A stretch of 64,000 nucleotides of DNA from Macrostomum lignano. Taxonomy: Eukaryota. Shown here piece after piece: positions 1-12,504 of the stretch (positions are counted from its first letter, which is position 1; the number at the start of each line of letters is the position of its first letter). The notes beneath the pieces are model-generated. The model was not told where the DNA came from. It was given only the letters and a program-made list of their open reading frames with translations, and made no database searches. A program made the position numbers and the translations under genes. Location of the stretch: the NCBI GenBank assembly GCA_002269645.1, contig NIVC01000650.1:1-64000 (forward strand). The letters run 5' to 3'.

Positions 1-1149
1 GTGCGCACTACCGTATCCACTTCATATGCTCAACCTTCAGCTACAATGGTTACGAAACAACACGATCAACGTCACCTCATTCGAGCATCTTTACTTTTCT
101 GCTTCAAGCTGGCAACTCAGCAGCTGAGGTGCATCGCAAGTTATGTCAGGCATGTGCCGAAGACTTTCTGAGCGATCAACGCTGCCATGTCTGGTTTGCG
201 CAGTTCAAGAAGGGTACGACGAATTACTCGAAGGCAAGTAGCTCTCCGGTTACCCACCTGAGCTCGATATCCAGCAGCTTGCCCTGCTTTTCGAAGCTGG
301 AGCCATATCTTACAACACGTGAAATTGCAGAGTACTTAAAGTCTCTGCCATGACCACGACCGCGGCCTTCATCAACTCGGCAAAGTGCACAAGCTTGGTC
401 GATGGGTTCCACACGAACTTTCCCGTGAGAACAAGGATCAGCGCATCATCACATGCACCCAACTCCTGTCCTATCGTCGCAATCCAGGATTGCTCGATAC
501 TGGTTACTGGCGATGAGGAGTGGGTGGCCAGTTTCAACACCACGCGCAAGCGCCAGTGGCTTTGCATGGCGGATCAGCCACAGCCAACGCCAAACCTGAT
601 CTACACCAAAAGAAGGTCATGATGTGAGTCTGGTGGAATTCCAGTGGAATCGTCCACTGGGAGCTCCTGCCTCGTAACACCAGCATCACTGCCGATGTCT
701 ACTGTGAGCAGCTGGACAGACTGCATCAGGCTTTTGTCAAGCAGCAGGGCGCTGGCGCTAAAATTCGATTTCTTCACGACAACGCCCGACCTCGTGTGGC
801 GAAGAAGACACTACAGAAGCGGCTCGAGCTAGGCTGGGAAGTGATGCCCCACCCTCCCTACTCGCCTGATCTTGCGCCATCTGACTACCATCTGTTCTGC
901 TCTATGCAGAGCCACATAAATGGTGTGACGTTAAAAGACGAGGAGGAGGTGACAGCCTGGCTCGAGCAACACTTCAAGTCGCTGCCGCCTGAGTTCTTTA
1001 AGAAGGGCATCCACGATCTCATCGCCAGATGGCAACAGGTCATTGATCAGGATGGTGATTATATCCTGGAATAGAAACTGTTAGGACTGGAAAAATGAAT
1101 TCAAAGTTTGAGTGCAGAAACGCTCAGAACTTTTGTTACAACAACAATA
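1..1149 (+). mobile_element. Degenerate mariner (DD34D) transposon, 5' end outside the window
   Basis: ATG at 46 starts an HTH-like N-terminus. Motifs across frames: LVTGDEEW, HDNARP and HPPYSPDLAPSDYHLF, with exactly 34 aa between the 2nd and 3rd Asp. Frameshifts near 110 and 240-350 and an in-frame TGA at 625-627. A mariner-like right TIR ends near 1149. Confidence 0.92.
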
Positions 1150-2997
1150 ACTTAAGTGAGCATTAAATGTAGTGAATTTTTTAATGAGCCCAGTCTTCAG
1201 TTTAACACTATATATATGCGATATCAATCTGACGAACTTAAGGGAACTTCAACAGCCAATAGAATGGAACGGGGGTACCAGGATTCCAAAAGTAAAAAAC
1301 GAGAAAAACAAACAGTAACTCGGTCAGATTGGCACTCCATCATTATTTTCTTTCCGATCCATGAATACACACAGTTAACAAAATTTTTTGACTTTAGCAA
1401 CACAGGAGCAGCAAGTAGCTTTCACTATTAGTTGACAGTAGATAGCAAACAGTTAAATTAGTAATAGTCAGAGTTAGTTTTTACAGTTACACTTTGTTAG
1501 TGCAACACATAGCAGCGAAGTTAGCAGCTCAAACCGGAAAGTGTGTGACGTCACATTTTTTCAAAAAGCGAACCACGACTGGCAACTATTCTGCATTTAA
1601 AACAAAATTTAATATTTCAATATATACTTACCTTGCCTAATTGATAGTGGCAAATTCCAAAAATGTCTAAAACTGCTAACTACTTTCTAAATAGATACTT
1701 TAGAAATAGTTTTAAACAGAATAAGTAGATAACTCGTGGAAACTATTTGCATCCAATTCTCACCAAAACTATTTTTGGCGATTTTAATTTTTCATCACAT
1801 TAAACACCCACTGAGCGTCAAGTCAATGTTTCAGAAAAATCGGAATTATTTTGTCGACCTAAACTTAAAGAAGCTTGATACTCCGTCTATGAACCGTCAC
1901 GGACTACTTAAGTACTACTTATCTACTAGTGGTCCTTGGAACCCGTCTGTGTGCCGAATTCTGCAATGCTAAGGCTACTCAAGGATTTGTGCAAAACTGC
2001 ATGGTTGCCGCGTGAGCTGACGGTGGAGCACAGGACGAGCTGATTGAGCGCTATTTATCAAGTGGTTCAAAATCGTTCATAACTTTGGAAAAATGCAGCC
2101 AAGCCTAAAATTTTATGGAACCACGACACTTCAAAGTCTACATATTTAAAGTTTCATTCAAATCAGACGCTCTGGACGTGAGCAATAGTACAGAAAGTTT
2201 TGCAGCTTTATCTTGGACACACAATATCTTGGAGACGTCCAACTGATACGTGTCTAGGAAGTTGCTGGCGCATCACAAAACACTTGTCTGCAGCGTCACG
2301 GATATCGATACGTATTTTTGTCTTAAGGGTCTGAACTACGGTGAAAATGCACATACAGGATTGGGAGTCTGAAAAAGCTGTGCACGGATGCATCATCTTT
2401 GGCTTTTATGTTTGGCGTCCTTTTACTTCTAATTTATTACATGTACGTGTCAACAGTTCTCAACAGTATACGAATTCAAACTCCGACTCCAAATACTCCG
2501 AATGGAAAGAAGATTGTCAGTCGTGCACTCGAACTTCTCTGAGCAATATAAATATTGCCGTGTATTTGATCATAGACTGATGCGTTAGGCAAAATTTTCT
2601 GGTCAAAGTAAATATTTCAGTCTTCGGATTGACTTCAGTTCTCAAGCAGTTTGATCTTCGCAGTGCTCAGCTCCTGAAGACAACACACATCGGTTCGAAA
2701 CACGAATTGGCGAATTTTGCTGATTTCTCTCAGAGTCTGGAATTCAAAATAAAAAAATGTTTTGCGCTGATTGTCAAAGTAGTGCCAGAAGAAATCAGGA
2801 CATATCTGATCAAAATTTTCAGAAAAGTAAATGTCCAAAATCTTGTTTGAAACAAACAACCAGGAATAGCAAATGGCGTAATGGCACTTTATACACATAC
2901 GAGTACTTTTTGAATCTGCGAATCCGGGATCCTCATCCTTGATCAAAATTCGAACTATAGGACCCAGATTCTAATTTAGAATTTAAATCCGGAATCC

Positions 2998-3331
2998 TCA
3001 TCCAGGACTGAATTCAGAAGTGCTATGAGCAGAGTATAAAGGAGCAACAGAGCAGCATCACCCACCGCCAGACGTATCGATCCTTTTTCGACGCTCGTCG
3101 CTCAAGGTGTCGATAGCGTTTGAGCAGCGTCTCGCGAGCAATTTCGTCATCATAGGGCTCGACGGTCTCGAAGCGCCGTTTCAGCGTGAACATGTTGCTC
3201 CAGGGACTCTCGTCACCTCCGTCGTTCGCGGGGACGGCATTGACAACGGCGTCCTTGGCAACGAGGCTGCCGGCAAGGAGCACAGCGCCGGACAGGACCA
3301 GCAGGGAGGCGAAGGCGTTGTTGCCGAGCAT
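2998..3331 (-). CDS. Candidate secreted prepropeptide (neuropeptide precursor), about 96 aa; coding exons 3331-3066 and 3022-2998
   Basis: Hydrophobic signal peptide MLGNNAFASLLVLSGAVLLAGSLVA, then KRR/KR/RR/KK sites. Removing a 43-bp GT..AG intron (3065-3023) gives the C-terminus DRYVWRTSEFSPG-stop. An upstream 5'UTR intron runs 4068-3340 (AG|GTGAGT ... CCTGTCCTCAG). Confidence 0.62.
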
Positions 3332-3368
3332 GAGTTCCACTGAGGACAGGAAGATTGCGATTGGATAG

Positions 3369-3980
<612 letters not shown>

Positions 3981-3987
3981 AGATATT

Positions 3988-4028
<41 letters not shown>

Positions 4029-4161
4029 ATTTATCTATTAATAAACTATTCATACTGTACAGACTCACCTTCTAATTAGGAGTTTTCAGTTTTACGAATA
4101 TATCAGCTGGTTTTGGTGAAAGTCACTGCGAACAGCTACAGCTTGATCCTCTGTTCAGTGC

Positions 4162-4208
4162 CTTATATAGCAACAAGCTACCAGTATTCGAGCTTGAGCT
4201 CCCATTGG
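4162..4208 (-). promoter_or_regulatory. TATA box plus CCAAT box for the minus-strand peptide gene
   Basis: Minus strand reads CCAAT (4208-4204), then TATATAAG (4169-4162). About 30 nt further is a putative TSS near 4138 and a short exon ending at the consensus donor at 4068. Confidence 0.55.
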
Positions 4209-5284
4209 CTGCTCGGAAGGGCCCTGGCCCGTGTCTAATTCGAGATTCAGTCTCGAATGGATCACGCAGCGAGTTTTAGCCCCAAAATTTGAATAAATAT
4301 TTCAGAGCAAGCAGCTCGCGAGTTTGACCCAGTGACACCCCAAATATGGCCCTTGAAATTCTTGAGGCCTCATCACTTGAAACCCCTCGAATTCCCACGG
4401 GATTGAGGAGCAGAACAAAAAGTTTATCCAGAGTGAAACTTTGACTCCGTCACTGTGGAGCTGACGTATTTCACCGATACGTGGAATCTTGAATGCGTTT
4501 TGTTCGTTTGCATAATTAATTTTGTGGGCATGTCAAGCGTGCTCAGCCTGGGCTGAGTTGGCTCAAATGTGGCTCTGGATGGCTAATCGAGTTTCTGGAG
4601 CGAGACTCGGACTGTGTGGCAACCAAAGCCAGCGAAGCTGGAATGGCGATGCGGCACAAATGTGTCGCGAATTGCGAAGGCCCTGCTGGTTGGCTTTGAT
4701 TGACCTATAGGGATACGACCAAGGAGCGGTAGAAGTTGCAGTTGTATCGCGACTTAAGTAACACCCATGATCAATGGAAAATTGTTTAAAGGCTCAACTA
4801 AAACTTTCATTGGTCCTTTGGCGTGACCGTGGATAGACCTACAACACCTTCGAAGGAGGACAACGTCCCACAATCAGCGTGGAGGCAATTCATTAAGGAA
4901 ACCACGCCACATGTTGACTTCATGTTACTGATAATCAATCACCGCAATAAACTGTTTTCAAATTTGTTTGACACACAAAAATAAGATGGTTCCAAAATCA
5001 TGTTTCCTCCCTGAGAGAAACAGAGCGCTTATTACAAAAGTGGATGACTAGTACAAGTTTTCTCTCGCTCAAGCTGTCTCTTCGCACGCAATTCGTCAGT
5101 TTACAACTTAATTTATGCGAGCTATAACCACCTTATTTTGAGACAGCACTTCTCTGCAAGTCGCTTTTAAACCTAAATGATACTGCAGACTAATTTCGAC
5201 TATTTTAATTGGCTTAGCCAAAAAATTGTTTAAAAGACTTTTGTCAATCAGGGACGTGGTAAGGGGTAGGGCTACCAAAACTAT

Positions 5285-5481
5285 GGCGCCCCTTGGTGCT
5301 GGCGCCTCTTGTTACTGGCGCCTCTTGGTGCTGGCGCCTCTTGGTGCTGGCGCCTCTTGGTGCTGGCGCCTCTTGTTACTGGCGCCTCTTGGTGCTGGCG
5401 CCTCTTGGTGCTGGCGCCTCTTGGTGCTGGCGCCTCTTGGTGCTGGCGCCTCTTGGTGCTGGCGCCTCTTGGTGCTGGCGC
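5285..5481. repeat. 16-bp minisatellite (GGCGCCTCTTGGTGCT)n
   Basis: About 12 tandem units; explains the overlapping repetitive ORFs at 5226-5542. Confidence 0.95.
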
Positions 5482-5646
5482 CACACCCCATAGTCCAAGC
5501 TATGTCAACACAAAAATTACCTTAGCAAAAATATTTCAGTAGGCGAAATGACAGAACATACACAGCAAGGACCCCCAAAAGTTACCATTTCGCAAAATTT
5601 TATTTCCTTACATACTACCCCTCTGATGGCGTTCTTAGTAGTTCGA

Positions 5647-5801
5647 CTAGCAATCTAGTGCCCCCCTTCGGGGCAGCCAATAAGCAAGGGACGAAAATTA
5701 TTTATTTATGAATCCTTTTTGCCTCGACATCGAACCAATTCTCCCAGTAAGAAGCCTTGACATCTCAGCAATCTTCAAATAAGTTAATTTTTGTATATTG
5801 A
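5647..5801 (-). mobile_element. Miniature Helitron derivative, about 155 bp
   Basis: The minus strand ends CCCCGAAGGGGGG hairpin ... GATTGCTAG|T, nearly identical to 19915-19962. It contains the family subrepeat CTGAGATGTCAAGGCTT and starts TCAATATACAAAAAT, resembling the 5' ends at 14942 and 50377. Confidence 0.6.
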
Positions 5802-7529
5802 AGCCAAAGGGAGCTATAGGCCTGATCTAAGACGAAGTCGGAGAAGGGACACACATTGTTTTGCAGCAGCGTCTCATGTAAAAAACCTATGCCACGTCGC
5901 TCACCCGTGCCGACCGAAAGTGACTAGATTCCCTTAAAAATATTGAGGCTTGCATGGTTGCCAATGGTAATTCGCAAGAGTTTTTGCTATTGTCTAATAA
6001 TTTAAACCGGCTTTAGTGTGTCTGTGGCCAATAATATAGTAGTACAGTGGTGTATTAGCACCCTTAAAGTATGGCTATATCAATGATATTGTGCCATAGA
6101 CATTTTTGCCAAAGCTACGCTCGTATCAATTGGAAGGTAATCGTGACGGGGCGGAGCCATACTCACTACCATAGACATATTTTTGTTTTGCCCATAGAGT
6201 AAATATAGAGTTTGGCCATAGACAGTTGGTTGTATCAACAAATTCTGGTGCTTCTCTCTACCGCTCGATTAGCAAGCATTATTTAATGGGCCATCTATGG
6301 CTATTAACAGGCACCGATATTGGCCTACCAGACAAAAGGGCCATGCTATTGAACATAATCAGTAGTGTTGAGTCAGGCTGTAGCAAATTTCATAGTGTAT
6401 TAAATGACCCCAGAAATTTAGTTTTTGGCCGCTTAACCACCCACTGCTTGGAACCAAAGAGTCTTTCGAACGAAAAATCATTTTATATTTTCAAAACTAA
6501 AAAAATAATGTTAGCTAGATAGTTATAGAGAAAAATATTCTATTAATTAATTGCTCGTTTAGGCTTCTAAATTATCTGAAGCTAATGCAACTTTTCATCT
6601 TGCAAGTCATGCACTCTCCAGTTGCCTGAGACAAAATTGATTGCTACCTAGGGGGCTGGGGGGCAGAGCAGACTATTGTTCCCAACTCTGCAGGTACTTC
6701 TGGGAAAACTGCGGGAGCCTCTTCACCCGCAGCCTTCCCGTCGCCTGCATCGCCTTAGCCCTGTCGTCACGCTGCGCGCCCGCGGGAAGAAACGGCAGGC
6801 TTTAAAGCCTAATTTCTTTAGCAGGCAAAGCTCTTCACGCAACAATTGCCTGGCATTGTCTGTCAGGTTGTTGCCATTCCTCAGCAGCTGCGACTCAGGT
6901 GCCGATAGAGCCGGCTGCTTTAAAAAATAGAATCACTCCGTACTGAGAAACGCGCGTGTGAGATGATTTTTTTAGAATCTCTTTACTCGCGTGGCTGCAA
7001 CGACAGGTGCCTGTATTGTAGCAGCCAGTTTTGTTATTGGTAGCGGTTGCTATTGACAACCGAAATGCTGCGCGCGACTGCCACCTCCTCCGCCCCTGTG
7101 CAGCCTGGACTGAAACCATCTTGAATGAAGAGAGGGAGGACATGCTGAGGGAGTGAGGGAGGAACCAAAGAGAGAGAGGGGGGGGGCAGAGAAACGGGGG
7201 CCACAGGATTGCACTGGTGGACTAGCAACTCAAGTCATCTGCTTCAGGTGCGCCATTCCCAAGCATTAATTAGCAGTTGCGGTGGGAGAGAATATGCTAC
7301 TGGCATGGACTGGGAGAGTTGGACGGCTGTTGCAGCAGTTTTGGGTGGTTGGCAACAAAACGGATGGGGTGTTTTTTCAACTGGCAATATTAAGCGCGCG
7401 GTGGCCCGAGAGCCAGGCTGCATCCAGCTGCCTTGTCGTTAGTTTGAGCTAAAAAAGAGCCAGCAATCATTAACCGCAGGGTAATAAAATTGACTAGCAG
7501 GACTCAGCCAGATCTGTACCGCCTGAGCC

Positions 7530-9116
7530 ATGCCGGAGCCCGCAGCTGCTGCAAACGACGCCGCTAGCAAGCGGTCGACCTCCCCAATGCCGCCAGTTAG
7601 AAACTCCAGCGGAGGCGCGTCGGGGCGCGGCGGTGGTGGCGGTGGCGGCGGCATCACCGAAGAAGTCGACGTGGTATTTCTGGAGAGTTTGGACAAGAAG
7701 TACGAGTGCCCCGTGTGCGGCCAGGTGCTGCGCTATCCTGTACAGTTCGAGGAGTGCGGACACCGCTGCTGCAGCTCCTGCCTGCCCGACCTACTGAGGT
7801 TGGTCTTTGTCAGTTTGGTTAATATTTGGTTTGGTTGGAAGTTAATATGCTGGATGGGAATAATTATTTGATGAACAGACTGTCTTACTGTCTTAGCCCA
7901 TTTGCTTTTCACCGAAGGGTGGAGAATAATCAATAAAGTATTATTAATAAATCTTTTCAATTGGCAGGAAAAGGCAGAGGTTGTTATTAATACACATTAA
8001 TACTTTCTTTAAGCTGCCTTTTCAACAATTGCACGCACTGTAGAAGAAGTAGAGTGACCTGTAGGGCTTGTGTAGGTCTACAGTTAAATTGAATTAGTCC
8101 ACAACTTGAAGCTTTACCACTAATATAAGCTGCCTCTGACCTCTGTCACAGGGTCTTTAAAGTTCTGCGAGTCTTGAACGGACTTAACCCCTTAACTCTT
8201 CAAAAAACTGACAGGGTGGCGCCTCGATGCCCGATCGACCAGCAAACAATCGACAAGGACAAGGTGTACGCTGACAAAGCCTTCCAGAAGGAGACGGACA
8301 GCCTGGGCGTTAAATGCTCGTTTTTTGAGCGCGGCTGCAACTGGACCGGCGTGCTCTCTGAGCTGATGGTGAGCTATTAGATGAGCAAATTATCTGTTAG
8401 CTTTTCTGTCCAAGACAACGGATTGTCATGCTGATCCAGGGTCTGTGGTGTTTGAGCGGACAAACGCGACGATTCGTGGAGTTTACGACTCCAAATTGGG
8501 ACTTTAAAATGAGCTTACATGTAGTAAGGGATAGCCTGATAATATTCAGACGAATAGGGACTTAAAAAGGCCCCATATAATTTGGGTTAAACGGTGACGA
8601 ACAAAAAATTTGACAGGCACCAAAATTAGGGACTTAAAACCTGCCTTTAAATGTCAAAATGGGACCTAAAGAAATATCCAAATGTAACCTACTCGTATGT
8701 AGGGTTGAGAGAGTTTAAAAGACAAAGGTTTCCGAAAAAGAGAGTGAGGAAATAAACTCACCAAGTACTATTTCCGTCCATTTACAATCCACAGTCGCAT
8801 ATCGAAGGCTGCGACCGCATGCTGACCACATGCCCCATGCGCTGCGGTGTGGAGTTTCAAAAACGTTTCCTGGAAAAGCACCGATTGGAGGACTGCCCTA
8901 AACGGGACATTCAATGCCAGTTCTGCGAGATTGGCCTCGTGGCCGAACAGGAGGCCGGGCATCTCGAGACCTGCCCGAAGTTTTTGGTGCCCTGCCCGAA
9001 CAAGTGCAAGAAGAAGGAAGTGGCCAGGGAGATGATGCAGGAGCACCTGGAGAATGAGTGCATGCGGCAGGACCTCTGCTGCCCGTTTTCCACGTACGGC
9101 TGCGACTTCAGCGTAA

Positions 9117-9174
<58 letters not shown>

Positions 9175-10790
9175 TTCGGTGTCTCAGTGCCTGACTTAGT
9201 GCATGTCTGTTTGTCAGTTCGTCAGCCACAGCCACTCCCGCGCTCCTTCCAGGGCCGCAAGAAGCAGCTGAAGGAGCACATAGCCGAGAAGCAGCTCAAC
9301 CATATGGAAATTCTGTGCTCGGCCGTGAAACAGGGCGACAAAAACCAGGAGAAGCAGCAGAAGCAGATCTTAGAGATGGAGAAGAAGCTGGTGGGTGTGG
9401 AGCGCCGTGTTGGCGGCCTGGAGAATCTGTTCGGACCGCAGCTGGTGTGGCGCATCGACAATTACCAGGAGAAGCTGGCCGAGGCCAAGGCGGGAAAGAA
9501 AGCCACCATTTTTAGTCCGCCGTTTTTAACAAACCGGCATGGCTACAAACTGGCCTTGTCCGCCTGCCTATACGGCGATGGGAAATGTGAGTGCATGCTT
9601 GGTTTGCATGTTGTCTTTTAGTTATGTAAGTTCGCAGGATGGGAGCCTTTGGCAGCTGTCTTTAGTATCGCGGGCGGGAATCGCTCGACCAGCCAAAGGA
9701 AAGTTTGCCTGCGAACCACGAATTGGTGTGGCTTTGCTAGAAATCGAACTACACTGTACGGCGTGTTGCCGCTCCGCTACTCAACCCTCGTGTTAGTAAT
9801 TTTGTTATTTGCAGTGGGGAGCTAATTTGAACAGTGCCGCAAGTTAAGGCGACAGTCTACATGCAGCCAGCGATCGGAGACAAGCTGTCCTTGTCCTTTC
9901 TGCTGAGCACACCCACGGATACGTACGCAGTACGCAACGTCCCACGTACGATGATACGTACAGGGACTTATTCGTAATCAGACAGGTGTACGTCCCTGTA
10001 CTTAATTGGTTAGCCCAAATTGCCGTGATTCGCACAGCAGAAAAGCCCCATGTCAATTTTCGTGACCGACGACTAAGTCGTATAGTAATATATCGTCTAT
10101 CTATTATAAATCGGACCCAAGTACCCAGGGACTTGGGCGGGAACACGTATACCGATCGGTACTCAATGTTCTATTACACACACTTTATAGTTAACAGCAG
10201 AATGGAGCTTGAAAAATCATGAGCTCATGAAGATGAATGTATATGACGTGTCACCACACCGCATAGGTAAAGATGTTTGATTAAACGCACCCATTAGACA
10301 TGCACAGCTCAAAGTGAAAACCTGTACTGGTGCAATTATAATAATCGCACTTACTTTTCTTTATGCTTAAGTTTTGCCCACCCTAGTAGAAGTATGAATA
10401 GCACAGCCGTTTTTTAGCCTAATGCTACAAATCGTATGCGATGCAATTTTAACTTCCGCAGTCCGAGGCCAGTATATGTCCCTGTTCGCCTGCATCTGCA
10501 AGGGCGAAAACGACGCCCTCCTTGCCTGGCCGTTCGCTTACAAGCTGACCTTCCAGCTCATCGACCAGTGCGAGGATGTGTCGGCCAGGAAGAACATTGT
10601 CTACACCGTGACACCGAACCCGTGCAAAGAGAATCGACCATTTCTGGGTCGACCGCTTGGCGAGAGGAATGCGAGCTTCGGAGCGGCGAGGTTCGCCGAG
10701 CTGGACGCCATCGGGAAGCTGGACTACATCAAGGACGACACCATGTACGTGAAGGTGACGGTTGATCTGGAGAATCTACTGCCGCTGTGA
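7530..10790 (+). CDS. TNF receptor-associated factor (TRAF6/TRAF4-like), 467 aa; exons 7530-7798, 8215-8368, 8795-9112, 9253-9586, 10462-10790
   Basis: RING (CPVC..CGHRCCSSC), TRAF zinc fingers, coiled coil and MATH domain (WRIDNY..FSPPF..HGYK; WPF..TFQLIDQ; YIKDDTMYVKV). All four introns are GT-AG and phases are consistent (1404 nt). The paralogue is not assigned. Confidence 0.93.
9116..9172. repeat. (GTCT)n microsatellite in TRAF intron 3
   Basis: Begins inside the GTAAGT donor; about 14 units. Confidence 0.97.
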
Positions 10791-10870
10791 TTTGAGGTTT
10801 GAATTCTGAGGACATTGATTTTGAGTAGCCCTGTAGCTAAGACTAGAACTTGTACTCGAAAATATTATTC

Positions 10871-10972
10871 CAAGGACCACTAGAAGTTACCGTTGTATCA
10901 GGATGTTCAAATAATTTTGCAATATTTACGAGTGTTTCGTCCTGATACAACGGTAACTTATAGTTGTCCTTA
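10871..10972. mobile_element. 102-bp MITE (P/hAT-like, 8-bp TSD) just downstream of the TRAF stop codon
   Basis: 33-bp TIRs (10871-10903 and 10940-10972, 3 mismatches). Exact TSD TATTATTC at 10863-10870 and 10973-10980. Confidence 0.85.
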
Positions 10973-12164
10973 TATTATTCTCGTACAAACTAAGAGGTGT
11001 ATCTTAAACGGCTTAATAGAAGTGCACTCTCTACCCTGATCCATGAGCACAGCTGCGATGCGTAAAGCCTTACACAGTTACAGCTTTGTGAGGTGTGAGG
11101 CCTCACACTGCGAGGTCGCACGTTTAACCACGTTTGCTGTTCCGTATCGGTAGAGAAATGTATCCTCTGACGCGAATCGCATATTTTTCTGCATGTTTTA
11201 CAACTGTTTTCGATGTACATGGATCGTTACTGCAGTTTACTGCATGTACATGTACATGTAGCTTAATACTGACTCAATTTTTTTTTCTACAGCAAAAACC
11301 GGGACTATACCGGGACCGGGACCGGGAACCGGGACCGGGACTATATATGAGCATCATATATTTTTGTGATCCGCTATTTCTATCGGATGTTAGCTTAACA
11401 AAAACTGCGAGCCTGGCCATGAACTAAATGTGGAATAGTTTTGTTACTCTGTAGCTTATCAGAAAAAGCACTCAAATTAATCATTTTTAAGTGTATAATT
11501 ATTGGACGATCTGATTTTAAAATATAAAAGTAAATACTCTATAGAGGATCCCAACTTTAACGATCAATTTTCTCATATCAACTAAATGATAAGCACGCTA
11601 GTAACATGTTTGTTATCGTCTTTTAAGATCATGATCATTTACAAGTACGTATATATATATTTCCTTTAATTGCGATCAAATATCTGTAGTAGTGGAGCTA
11701 CATGTACATGTATACTGAACTACATGCATGTGCTGATCATGCAAACAAAGAATACAGTTACATGTAATTTTTAGCTTAGCGCACTGTTACATCTAAATGT
11801 ACTTGGCGAAGATCAGAGTACATGTAGCTCAGCGATAAAGTCTGGCTTGCACTACGAACCCCTTAAGTTAGTTTGAAATTACTTCGACGACCATATCTAT
11901 TAATTTGTGGCTTGTTGTGCACAAAACATAGGCCGCGGGTTGCAATGCGATTCATGCAGCCAGCTGCGGGAGGCCGCGGGCCATGCAGCCCCCAAAGGCG
12001 CAGGGAGTTGTACATGCCTATAGCTGATTATTAGAATCGATCGAGAATCCTTAACATACATATCTATATATGCACATGTGGGATAAAAAGATGACGACCC
12101 TAGAAGACATTGACTTGTTGATTCAACAGATCTTATCTATCTTCTTGGGGCTGCGCAATGCAAT

Positions 12165-12360
12165 GGTTTACCCCCGATTCGCCGAATCCTGATTTGCCGA
12201 TTCCCAGCTCGCCGAATCCTGATTCGCCGATTCCTGGTTCGCCGAAATTCCCGAGTCGCCTATTCCCGATTTGCCGAAATTCCTGATTTGCCGAAATTCC
12301 TTATTTGCCGAAATTCCTCATTTGCCGAATCCCAACTTGCCGATTTCCTGATTCGCAAAA
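12165..12360. repeat. Degenerate short repeats (TT/TC)GCCGA(A)AT(T)CC, probably transposon subterminal repeats
   Basis: About 12 copies of the GCCGAAT/GCCGATT core. The partner end was not found. Confidence 0.55.
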
Positions 12361-12504
12361 AGAATATGAAACTCTAAAGTTTATTAAATTAAATTAAAAA
12401 AATTGCTAAAATAACAGGTTGCTGAAATAAAGCTTCCGGCTTTGTTATATTAACAAGAAAATTTAAAGTTTGTGACGTTCTATTTTTTGCAAATAGCTAA
12501 TGCT

